Assembly: GCA_963772835.1 (NCBI GenBank)
Contig: CAVYYZ010000006.1
Location: 1 to 64,000 of the forward strand
DNA length: 64,000 bases
Reading direction: 5' to 3'
DNA from: an uncultured delta proteobacterium
GTDB taxonomy: Bacteria > Desulfobacterota > Desulfuromonadia > Geobacterales > Pseudopelobacteraceae
Shown here: piece by piece, positions 48,265 to 57,063 of the stretch
How positions within the stretch are numbered: position 1 is the first letter of the stretch
Layout of the letters: every line of letters starts with the position of its first letter
The notes under the pieces: generated by a model
Told to the model about the DNA's origin: nothing
The model's database searches: none
The model's input: the letters and a program-made list of their open reading frames with translations, nothing else
Program-made: the position numbers and the translations under genes

Positions 48265-49962
48265 TCATTCCGACATTTCATACGCCCCGTTCAGGCTGTA
48301 CACATACCGTTCCAGAACTCTCTTATAACGCTCTTCATCGACGTGTGCCTTGCGTATAAGCTTCATGCAGAATGCCATCTGAGCCTCAGTGCTTGAGGGC
48401 TTGTTGTGTAGCTGCAGGGCGAACTCGGACAAATCCCGTACCATGAAATCGAAAATCTGATCGACAATGTCGTCATCTATTGCCAACAGGGCGGCATTCT
48501 CCAGGATCAGTTGCCCGTAGACAACCAGGGTGAAAATCTCGCCGACTGTCAGCAGGAAATCAATATCCTTCTGCTGAGCGGTATCCGGAGTCGCCTTGAG
48601 CAGAAACTCTCGAAACAGTGAGATCTGCTCCGAGAAAATCTGCACATTCGGCAGAGTGCAGGCTTCATATACCGGCCGGTAATCGTGGAAGCGGATTTTC
48701 CCGAGTCCTCTGGTCGCACCCTGATTGAAAAGGTAATCGTCGTTGACCGGGTCGAGCCGGCGGGGTACTGCTGAATACCCGGCCGGATTGAAGAAGTAAT
48801 TCTGCATGAATTTGACGATCAGCGCGATGTTGACGTGAACCGTTCCCTCCAACTTGGGGAGCGCCCGTATGTCGCGGGCGGCCGCTTCAAAATACATGTC
48901 CTTCTCAAAACCCTTGGCCGCGATCACGTCCCAGAGAAGGTTAATCACATCCTCTCCCTGGGTCGTCACCTTCATCTTGACCACCGGATTATACAGCAGG
49001 TAGCGCCGATCCTCTGTCGAGGCGGAGCGGAGGTAGTCCGAGGCCCGCAGAGCGAAGAGCTTCATGGCCACGAGACGGGCATAAGCGTCGACGAACATCT
49101 GCTTCACATGGGGAAAATCGGTGACATGCATGCCGTAGAGACTGCGCCCTGATGCGTGGTTGATCGCCTCATAGAATGCATGGGTGCAGATGCCGACCGA
49201 GGCCCACCCCAGGTTGTACTTGCCGATATTGACGGTGTTGAGCGTCGCATTCCATGCTTCATCCCCTTTCGACAGGATGTCCGCCTCGGACACCGGATAG
49301 TCGTGGAGGATAAATTCAGCCACATAGGACTGGGTCGCGGTGATGTTTTTCACCAGTTCGTATTTCTCATGTCTGCTGTTGACGACGAAGAAGGCGTAAC
49401 CGCCGTCATCCGGCTCGCGTCCAAATGTTGATACCATCGCAGCTTCATTGCCGTTACCGATGTAGTATTTGTCTCCCCGGGCCAGATACGTACCGTCACC
49501 ATTCGGTACCAGCAGCATGTCGCTGGCGTAGATATCGGCACCGTGCTCCTTCTCCGACAGGCCGAAGGCGAAGATGGCACCTTCCTGTAGCAGGCCCGCC
49601 GCGCGCTGTTTCAACGTTTCATTCGGACTCATCCAGATCGGACCTAATCCCAGAATAGTGACCTGCCACGCGTACCAGTAGCAGAGACCGTAAAAACCAA
49701 GCAGCTCATTAAAGGCACAGAGCCGGGAGGTGTCCCAGCGACAATCCTTGTCTCCGTATCCAGTTGGGGTCAGCAGGGTTGCAAAGATCCGCTCACGTTT
49801 GATGAAGTCAAGAAAATCGGCGTACCAGACCCGATCAAAGTCATCCTCCTTGAGACGCTTCTTTCCTCTGGTTTCAAAAAAATCTACTGTTTTACGTAGG
49901 ATTGCGTTCAAGACGGGATCATGGTGGTTTTCTGCCAGCTGTTTCGGATTGAGCAGGATCAT
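48265..49962 (-). CDS. Acyl-CoA dehydrogenase
   Basis: AFGLSEKEHGAD, G.KYYIGNG, R.LYG, LEGT. Confidence 0.9.
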   Translation of the reverse strand: MILLNPKQLAENHHDPVLNAILRKTVDFFETRGKKRLKEDDFDRVWYADFLDFIKRERIFATLLTPTGYGDKDCRWDTSRLCAFNELLGFYGLCYWYAWQVTILGLGPIWMSPNETLKQRAAGLLQEGAIFAFGLSEKEHGADIYASDMLLVPNGDGTYLARGDKYYIGNGNEAAMVSTFGREPDDGGYAFFVVNSRHEKYELVKNITATQSYVAEFILHDYPVSEADILSKGDEAWNATLNTVNIGKYNLGWASVGICTHAFYEAINHASGRSLYGMHVTDFPHVKQMFVDAYARLVAMKLFALRASDYLRSASTEDRRYLLYNPVVKMKVTTQGEDVINLLWDVIAAKGFEKDMYFEAAARDIRALPKLEGTVHVNIALIVKFMQNYFFNPAGYSAVPRRLDPVNDDYLFNQGATRGLGKIRFHDYRPVYEACTLPNVQIFSEQISLFREFLLKATPDTAQQKDIDFLLTVGEIFTLVVYGQLILENAALLAIDDDIVDQIFDFMVRDLSEFALQLHNKPSSTEAQMAFCMKLIRKAHVDEERYKRVLERYVYSLNGAYEMSE

Positions 49963-49965
49963 GGC

Positions 49966-51174
49966 TTACTCCTCGATTATTGGTATGGTTTGTCCGTGCG
50001 GAGCACGATTGAAGAGGCCTCGAAGGCTCTTCTTGACGCCGCTGATCACAAACGGCGTCAGGCGGTGCTTTTCCTTGAGGATTTGCACGTACAGATCTTT
50101 CCGTTTCAGCGGCGGCAGTACTTTGTCTGCTGCGGGAACCATCGTGAGAGCCGTCTGTTTGCAGACGCTGATGCAGGCGCCGCAACCGAGGCATATTTCT
50201 CCTGTAACAACTGCGTAGCGGTCGCTCTTCTGCTCGAACGATACACCGTCTGGCAGTTTGATTGCCTTGACGTTACAGGCGCGGAAGCAGACCCCGCAGC
50301 CGTTGCATCGTTCCGGGTCTATAACGGCGCGGAAACCGGTTTTGCCGATGCCGTTATGGTAGCCCATCTGCACGCCTGCCAGCAGTTCGCAACAGCAGCT
50401 GCAGCAGTTGCAGATAAAGGATGGTTTGTGGCGTATATTGTCGGTAATATGGGTGAGGTTGTATCCTCTGGCGGTGTCAAGAACCGCCAGCAGTTCGTCC
50501 ACACTTTTCTCCTGCGCAAAACCCCGCCGAGACATGAAACGTGCCGCGCTGCCGAGGGAAATGCAGATGCCGTCCACCGGGGCGCCCTTGCCGCAGGTCT
50601 CGCTCAGGTGTTCTTTCTTGTGACGACAGTAGCACATTCCGACCGCACCAAAACCGGCCTCCCGGATAATATCCCTCGCCCGCTCATAACTGGTGACTTC
50701 GGAGGTGACCGGGATATGCTCCTCATACATCAGCGAGCGGGTCAGCGGTGTTGTGCTGCCGAAAAATTCTCCTGCCTGGCTTTCCTCCAGATACTCCCGC
50801 ATAAGGAGTGCAAGGCGCTCAAGCGGCAGGTCGCTGCGGTTTTTCATGAAGGTGAACTCAAAGAAGCCGATCAACCCCGGCAGCAGCAGATAATAAACCT
50901 CTCCGCTATAGGGCATATCCATAACCAGCCCCTTGTCTGCCATCTTCTCAAGTAGTGGCTGCAGTTCCTTTGCCGGAATTTTTGTCAGGCGAACCAGCTC
51001 CGGAAGTGTCGCTTCTTCGAGAGGAAAGCGGGAGGCAATAAACGCTTCGCGCTCGTCAAAAAGGAGCGAAAGGATCTCGCGCAGCTTTTCACTGTTGACG
51101 AGGCCGATCGGATACTTGTTGAGCCGGTCGATCAGAGGTACGATGCTGCTTTTGGAACCGAGGTGGTGACCCAT
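49966..51174 (-). CDS. 4Fe-4S dicluster domain protein
   Basis: CYCR, ICNCCSCCC, CNGCGVC...C, CLGCGAC...C. Confidence 0.88.
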   Translation of the reverse strand: MGHHLGSKSSIVPLIDRLNKYPIGLVNSEKLREILSLLFDEREAFIASRFPLEEATLPELVRLTKIPAKELQPLLEKMADKGLVMDMPYSGEVYYLLLPGLIGFFEFTFMKNRSDLPLERLALLMREYLEESQAGEFFGSTTPLTRSLMYEEHIPVTSEVTSYERARDIIREAGFGAVGMCYCRHKKEHLSETCGKGAPVDGICISLGSAARFMSRRGFAQEKSVDELLAVLDTARGYNLTHITDNIRHKPSFICNCCSCCCELLAGVQMGYHNGIGKTGFRAVIDPERCNGCGVCFRACNVKAIKLPDGVSFEQKSDRYAVVTGEICLGCGACISVCKQTALTMVPAADKVLPPLKRKDLYVQILKEKHRLTPFVISGVKKSLRGLFNRAPHGQTIPIIEE

Positions 51175-51185
51175 GGTATGTTCCT

Positions 51186-51962
51186 TCAGTCAAATTGAGA
51201 AAAATCAGGTTTTCGCCGTTCCATAAACGCCTTCAGTGCTTCGGCGGCTTCCGGCGACTTCAATCGGGACATAAACTGCTTCCCCTCTTCGATGATGGTT
51301 TCCCGTAACGGCATCGCATAGTCACGCTTGAGCAGATTCTTGGCCAGTCGCACCGCTGCCGCCGGTTGCGCCGCCAGCTGCAGTGCCCTTTTTCGTGCGG
51401 TTGCGAGTACTTCCCCGTCCGGGCAGACAGCGGTCACTATCCCGACGGCACAGGCTGTATCAGCGCCGAACACCTCGCCCAGCAGCAGCAGTTCTGCTGC
51501 CCGCTGGTGTCCCATGATACGGGGAAGGAGGAGTGTGGAGCCGGCCTCCGGGCAGAGCCCCAGGTTGACGAACGGCATCTGGAATGTCGCACTGTTGCCG
51601 GCATATACCAGTTCACAGTGCAGCAGCATGGTGACGCCTACTCCGACCGCCAGGCCATTCACCGCTGCTACAATCGGCTTGCGGGCCTCGCTGACAGCAA
51701 TCAGGAACTGCATGACCGGACTGTTCTGGCCGGTTGGCGGGGCTGTGAGGAAATCGGCCAGGTCATTGCCGCTGGTGAAACAGTCATCTCCTCCGCACAC
51801 AAGGATTACCCGAACCTGATCATCATCATCGGCCTTGTGTAAACCGTCGGCAAGGGCCTGATACATGTGAAGATTCAGGGCATTCTTCTTGTCCGGCCGG
51901 TTGATGCGGAGCGTAAGGATATTCTCGCTGAGTTCGCTTTGGATCTGATCGGTACTGCTCAT
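51186..51962 (-). CDS. Enoyl-CoA hydratase/isomerase
   Basis: NRPDKKNAL, FTSGNDL, AVNG.AVGVG, PFVNLGLCPEAG. Confidence 0.93.
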   Translation of the reverse strand: MSSTDQIQSELSENILTLRINRPDKKNALNLHMYQALADGLHKADDDDQVRVILVCGGDDCFTSGNDLADFLTAPPTGQNSPVMQFLIAVSEARKPIVAAVNGLAVGVGVTMLLHCELVYAGNSATFQMPFVNLGLCPEAGSTLLLPRIMGHQRAAELLLLGEVFGADTACAVGIVTAVCPDGEVLATARKRALQLAAQPAAAVRLAKNLLKRDYAMPLRETIIEEGKQFMSRLKSPEAAEALKAFMERRKPDFSQFD

Positions 51963-51979
51963 AACGCGCTCCTTACTAT

Positions 51980-52366
51980 TTATGCCATCGCTGTAATGAT
52001 TTCCGGAATGGCTACAGTCTTGTTCTTTATGCTGTCAAAGCAGACCATTGTGGTGCGGGCGGTTGCATAGGTTCTCTCCTGGTCGTCATGGATCCGGTAT
52101 TCCAGATTGAAGCTCGATCGCCCCGTTTTGGCTATCCAGAGAGTAACAATGACGACGTCATAGAGTGTAATCGGGATTTTGAAGTCGCATTCAGCCCGTG
52201 CGACAAGGGTAAAAATGCCATGCTGTGTAACTTCCCGAAAAAAATCACTGAACAGCTTGACCCGCGCCGTTTCCAGATAGGTGAAATAGACTGCGCTGTT
52301 GACATGACCATAGGCGTCGAGATCGGAAAACCGCAATTCAATCGGGGTGGAATAGGTCTGCGGCAT
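51980..52366 (-). CDS. Acyl-CoA thioesterase (4HBT/YbgC hotdog fold)
   Basis: RFSDLDAYGHVNSAVY..YLE.AR. Confidence 0.92.
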   Translation of the reverse strand: MPQTYSTPIELRFSDLDAYGHVNSAVYFTYLETARVKLFSDFFREVTQHGIFTLVARAECDFKIPITLYDVVIVTLWIAKTGRSSFNLEYRIHDDQERTYATARTTMVCFDSIKNKTVAIPEIITAMA

Positions 52367-52398
52367 CTTCTGCTCCTTCGTAAGCGGGAATCTGTTAT

Positions 52399-53361
52399 TT
52401 ACGTCGTCTGGCCGGAGGGCGCTTCGTGTACGCGCATATTGTCTTTTTCAGGACAGGAGTAATACTCCCCCTGCAGCCATTTCAGAACTCCGGGGAAATG
52501 GTCCTGTCCGGCATCCGGATGAGTCAGCATAGTTATGTGGTCGTAGTCATGCCGGTTGCCGTTACTGCGTGAGAGCACAGTATACCGGCACCGCTGCCTT
52601 CCGGAGGATTCCATGAAATCGCGCACATCATGGGGATGCCCGAGGGCATGGTCGTTCTCAGCGGCGATATACCATATCGGCGGGAGGGCTCTCTTTTTGA
52701 CAGCCGCACCGTAATCGAATCCATCGTCGGAATCGATCCAGGCATCATTCTTTACCCAGTCGGCACTCTGCCAATACGATTTGACCGTTTCGCTGTCAGA
52801 GCCGATGCGAAGCCGGCGTGCCGGGAGATAGCCGAACATGACGCATGCAAGGGGACAGAGGAACTTCCAGACAAAGCCCACCTTGAGTATCCGCTGGATG
52901 TTCCAAACGCGGATAGTTCGTTTGCTCCCGAAATATACCAGTGAACCGACCAGCGTTGTGTACTCGGGAAACCGCGCCAGAACTGATGAGGAAAGGACTC
53001 CCCCCCACGAATGGGCCACCCAGTGTTGCGGTACGGGACCTCGAAGCCTTTTGATCGTCTCGACGAATGCCGGGATATCCTCGGTAATCGCCTCGGTCTG
53101 GCCGAAACGCGAACCCCGGTCTATGGGCGGTGTACTCCTGCCGCGTCCGCGCAGGTCGGCCACATAGACGTCAAACCCGTTGAGCGCCAGGTAGGGTGCC
53201 AGTCCCCTCATTGACCCGGAGTAGAATATGCGACCGTTCTCGATGGCACCGTGCAGCATGAGAACCGGGGGTCCCGATTCCGGTCCGGTGAACCTCTGAA
53301 GGTTGAGAATATCACCACCCGTCAGCGGCACCCGAATTGACTGTTGCTTGACCGTCCGCAT
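52399..53361 (-). CDS. Alpha/beta-fold hydrolase (esterase/lipase-like)
   Basis: LHG, DLRGRG.S, AHSWGG nucleophile elbow, D and YDH. Confidence 0.88.
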   Translation of the reverse strand: MRTVKQQSIRVPLTGGDILNLQRFTGPESGPPVLMLHGAIENGRIFYSGSMRGLAPYLALNGFDVYVADLRGRGRSTPPIDRGSRFGQTEAITEDIPAFVETIKRLRGPVPQHWVAHSWGGVLSSSVLARFPEYTTLVGSLVYFGSKRTIRVWNIQRILKVGFVWKFLCPLACVMFGYLPARRLRIGSDSETVKSYWQSADWVKNDAWIDSDDGFDYGAAVKKRALPPIWYIAAENDHALGHPHDVRDFMESSGRQRCRYTVLSRSNGNRHDYDHITMLTHPDAGQDHFPGVLKWLQGEYYSCPEKDNMRVHEAPSGQTT

Positions 53362-53373
53362 GTAAACCTTTTG

Positions 53374-53931
53374 TTATTCCTTGCCGAGCATCCCTTTTTT
53401 GAGTGAGTCGTCAGCCGGTTTATCACCAAGATAGATGGCAAGAACCCCTTTTGCCAGCCTGGCGGATGGAACAATCCCCAGTACTTTGCTGTTATGGCTG
53501 GCAGAAACAGAGCCGTCTGCCCCGAGGGTCAGATCTACAACATCTCCCCGGTTAAAATCGGCCGTAAAGAGCGAAAGAAACTTTTTTTCTTCAGGGGAGC
53601 CGACCAGATCGGGAGAATTATTAGCCAAACCTTCACTGAAGGCCTCAATTATTTTTTCTTTATCCACTTTTGAGTGCAGGAAATTCATCCGGATCAGCTT
53701 ATCGCCGCCGTCTTTCAGTGCCTCAGCGGCCGAAGAGAGGTGTTTCGAAGCATACAACGATCCAATGTAGATTTTCATAAAGAACTTTTTCCTGATACCG
53801 TACCCATTCAATTTCAGCTGCTGGCTGTTTACTGTAACGACCGGATCCAACAGAACTCCGGCCGCTTCAACCGCCGGTGACTGGCCTGCACAAAACAGTG
53901 TCAGAATAAGTGCCGCGAACAGATTTCTCAT
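53374..53931 (-). CDS. Secreted chalcone-isomerase-fold protein
   Basis: GGAGGAG RBS, signal peptide, L.LNG.GIRKKFF.KIY.G.LY, IYLG..PAD..LKK.MLG. Confidence 0.85.
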   Translation of the reverse strand: MRNLFAALILTLFCAGQSPAVEAAGVLLDPVVTVNSQQLKLNGYGIRKKFFMKIYIGSLYASKHLSSAAEALKDGGDKLIRMNFLHSKVDKEKIIEAFSEGLANNSPDLVGSPEEKKFLSLFTADFNRGDVVDLTLGADGSVSASHNSKVLGIVPSARLAKGVLAIYLGDKPADDSLKKGMLGKE

Positions 53932-53956
53932 AATAAGCTCCTCCGGAGGTACAATT

Positions 53957-55960
53957 TCAGCCGATCTCGCGACCTGCTGTAAAACCCTGATGAATTGCAT
54001 CAAAAACCATTGCAGGCAAAAGAGCGTCTCCCGCAACACGGAACGGAATGACGGCAGCTGCTACGATTTCCTGAAGCGGATTGTGGCACCGTGTTCCGAC
54101 AGCCAGAACGACCGAGTCGGCTGGAATATCCTCAATTCTCCCCTCATATTCAATTCTTACGCTCCTGGCAGTGATTTCAATCACCCGGGCCGCTGCCCGT
54201 GTCCGGACGCCAGACCTCTCCACATCCTGCATCATCCCCCAGCGGGTGCTCTTGCCGAAGTTTTTTCCCAGTTCGCCCAGCATTTCGATTACGGTGACTT
54301 CTTTGCTCCCCCGGGTAGCCAGGCTATACAGATCATCAATGGACTCGGCCCCATGGATAAGCAGAAACTTGAGCGCCTCACCGGAAAGTGTGCCTTTCTC
54401 CGCGAGGAACAGTGCGGTTTCGACGCCTACCGCTCCTCCTCCGATGACTACCACTCTCTGCCCTGCTGCGACATCTTCTGTCAGAATATCCCAGGCCTGT
54501 ACAACGTGCGGCATATCGGCACCGGGTACAGACAGTGCGATCGGCCGGCCGCCGGTCGCTATAATAACTGCATCCGGGCGAACGCCCTTGAAAAACTGAC
54601 CATCAACGTGTGAGCCCAGTACGATTGTGGCACCGGATAATTCTACCTGCCGTTCCAGATCTGCCGCCAGTTCGAGGAACTCCTCCCGTCCGGGAGGAGC
54701 GCCCGCCAGCAGAAGCTGCCCGCCAAGGCGGCTATTCGATTCGTGGAGAGTGACCCTGTGCCCGCGTTCAGCTGCAGAAATCGCAGCGCTCATTCCGGCC
54801 GCTCCGCCGCCGACAACGGTAACGTTCAGCGGGTGATCGGTTTTAGAGGAAGCCCGAGAACGTTCATACCCCGCCCGGGGGTTACAGAGACACTCCACCG
54901 CCTTCATCTTGAAAAGGTTGTCGAAGCAGCCCTGAGCACAGGCCACGCAATGGACGATATCGGTCTCTCTCCTGCTCCTGGCTTTCTCGGGAAACCAGGG
55001 GTCAGCAATCAGCGCCCGACCTACAGCTACCATGTCGCACAGACCATCTGCTATCATACCCCGAGCCATATGCGGGTCATTGATGCGGTGGCTGGCGATG
55101 ACCGGTATACTCACGCGCTCTTTGATGCCGCGGGCCAGATAGCCGAAGACGCCGCGCGGCACTTCAGTGACGATCTGCGGTACCTGTGCTTCATGCCATC
55201 CGACATTTATGCTGAGTGCATCCACTCCGGCTTCTGCCAGTCTGACTGCGTACTCTTGAAGATCCGCTCGGGTTGATCCACCCTTCATGAATTCGTTGCC
55301 GTTCATTCTGACCAGCAGCGGAAACTCTGCACCTACTGCAGAACGGACCGCCCGTATGACTTCCATACCGAAACGTATGCGCCCCTCAAAATCGCCTCCA
55401 TACCGGTCCTCCCGTTTGTTGGTGAGCGGTGAGAGAAATTCACTGATCAGGTAGCCGGTCCCGGAGAGGATCTCGACAGCGTCGAAACCGGCTTCCCTGA
55501 CCCGTTCTGCCGCCCGGGAAAAGTGCGAGATGATTTCCTCTATTTCCGGTATTTCAAGTTCGTGCGGTGTTTCACGGGTCAGCCGTGACGCGATGGGGGA
55601 AGGCGCTACGGGTTGTTTGCCGCCGATCAGCATGGAGTGATTGTACCGTCCGGCATGATTCAGCTGGACCGAGGAGCGGGCGCCATTCTCGCGGATAGCG
55701 GTTGCAAGACGTGCCAGGCCGGGGATGTAACTGTCCTTGTGGGCGCCGATGTTGCCCGGATTTCCGGAGCGCTCATCAATCGTTGCATACCCGACAGTGA
55801 TCATTCCGGCCCCGCCACGGGCCCGCTCGGCGTAGAAATCCACCAGACGGTCACCCACCGCATAATTCCCGGCCATATTCAGGTGCATGGCAGGCATGTA
55901 AATGCGGTTCTTCACTTCCATGCGGTTGATGGTAATCGGCTGAAAAAGCGGGTCACTCAT
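53957..55960 (-). CDS. fadH: NADPH-dependent 2,4-dienoyl-CoA reductase-like flavoprotein (OYE + FAD/NADPH domains)
   Basis: QLNHAGRY, GYLISEFLSPLTN.R.D.YGG, GWHEA, CVACAQGC..C..NP, VVGGG.AG, IGGG.VG.ETA. Confidence 0.85.
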   Translation of the reverse strand: MSDPLFQPITINRMEVKNRIYMPAMHLNMAGNYAVGDRLVDFYAERARGGAGMITVGYATIDERSGNPGNIGAHKDSYIPGLARLATAIRENGARSSVQLNHAGRYNHSMLIGGKQPVAPSPIASRLTRETPHELEIPEIEEIISHFSRAAERVREAGFDAVEILSGTGYLISEFLSPLTNKREDRYGGDFEGRIRFGMEVIRAVRSAVGAEFPLLVRMNGNEFMKGGSTRADLQEYAVRLAEAGVDALSINVGWHEAQVPQIVTEVPRGVFGYLARGIKERVSIPVIASHRINDPHMARGMIADGLCDMVAVGRALIADPWFPEKARSRRETDIVHCVACAQGCFDNLFKMKAVECLCNPRAGYERSRASSKTDHPLNVTVVGGGAAGMSAAISAAERGHRVTLHESNSRLGGQLLLAGAPPGREEFLELAADLERQVELSGATIVLGSHVDGQFFKGVRPDAVIIATGGRPIALSVPGADMPHVVQAWDILTEDVAAGQRVVVIGGGAVGVETALFLAEKGTLSGEALKFLLIHGAESIDDLYSLATRGSKEVTVIEMLGELGKNFGKSTRWGMMQDVERSGVRTRAAARVIEITARSVRIEYEGRIEDIPADSVVLAVGTRCHNPLQEIVAAAVIPFRVAGDALLPAMVFDAIHQGFTAGREIG

Positions 55961-56931
55961 AGCTCTCTCCCTTTTATTGATACGGCCTCGTACAATCCAC
56001 TCACCTGATCAAACAGCCCGATCTGTTCCAGCGATGCCCTGAGCAGGGCCGGATTTTCAAGAAGATCCAGCATGAAAACGATCTCTGAAATTTTCAGGTA
56101 GATGAAAAACGGCTCGACCAGCCTCCCCCTGAAAAGCTGTTCAACGATGTCGTTAAGAGGCAGACTTCTGAAGGGGATCAACTGAACCACACGTTCCAGC
56201 AGGGTTTTGACGTAATAAAGCAGGGCATCATCAACACTTTCGACATACCGGCGGTGACCCGGCATGATGGACCGCCCGCGGAGCCCTGCCAGATTAAGCA
56301 GAGAACGGCAGTAGGCATCGTAATTTCTGAAACGCCCGGTAAAGTTTTCCAGATCAATATCAAGCAGGGGGGCCTGAAAAATATTTCTGAGGAGGATGTC
56401 ACCGGTAACCGCCGAATCACCGACCAGATACACCAGATCACTTTGGGAGTGTCCCGGACAGGGGAGATAACGGATTCCGAGCCCGGCCAGCTCATCAGAT
56501 TCTTCTACAATCCGGAAACGCTCCGGAATGGCGGGGAAAATCTTGTTCCGTTCAAACGATTCCCGCAACTGTGCGGCGAAATCATCCCCATATCCGTATC
56601 CGTTTAGTAATTCTGCCATCCGCTCCATCCGTTCGGCGTGGCGCTCAAATTTGATGGCGTCCCTGCGCGGGATGAATACCTCTGCATCGCTGTGCTGAAG
56701 GATGAAGTTAGCCAGGCCGTAGTGATCCACATGGCAATGGGTGATACAGACGAATTTCAACCGCTTGAGATCGACTTCGTCAAGCAGGCAGGATTCCCCC
56801 TCCGGTGTGGGAGGACCGGTGTCGAACAGCACCAGGTCGCCGTCAAGTTCGGTGCTGTAGAGGTGTACTTCGCCGACTATGTAGGGGGTTTGCACGGTGT
56901 GCTGGCGCATGATGCTCCGATAATGTGACAA
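55957..56931 (-). CDS. Metallo-beta-lactamase-fold hydrolase (start may be ATG at 56910)
   Basis: DTG, THCHVDHYG, PGHS, GD, PGH. Confidence 0.88.
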   Translation of the reverse strand: MSHYRSIMRQHTVQTPYIVGEVHLYSTELDGDLVLFDTGPPTPEGESCLLDEVDLKRLKFVCITHCHVDHYGLANFILQHSDAEVFIPRRDAIKFERHAERMERMAELLNGYGYGDDFAAQLRESFERNKIFPAIPERFRIVEESDELAGLGIRYLPCPGHSQSDLVYLVGDSAVTGDILLRNIFQAPLLDIDLENFTGRFRNYDAYCRSLLNLAGLRGRSIMPGHRRYVESVDDALLYYVKTLLERVVQLIPFRSLPLNDIVEQLFRGRLVEPFFIYLKISEIVFMLDLLENPALLRASLEQIGLFDQVSGLYEAVSIKGREL

Positions 56932-56939
56932 TACACAGA

Positions 56940-57051
56940 TGCAATAGAACGCAGACCAAATCAGAAAAAACCGTAATATACGGATCTGGTACAGGTACCC
57001 TGCTTGATCCGGATGTGTCCGTTACATCCGGTTTTTCCGCGTTCTATTGCA
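56940..57051. repeat. Intergenic long imperfect inverted-repeat element
   Basis: 13-bp perfect ends TGCAATAGAACGC / GCGTTCTATTGCA; arms of roughly 9-nt CGGA-containing units closing at CGGATC/GATCCG. Confidence 0.8.
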
Positions 57052-57063
57052 GTCCAGGCCTAC

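Noticed and set aside
49921..50955. 344-aa plus-strand ORF, and similar long antisense ORFs such as 2082-2951, 11479-12234, 12597-13382 and 57004-57762
   Set aside because: Antisense shadows of well-supported genes in GC-rich DNA; no motifs
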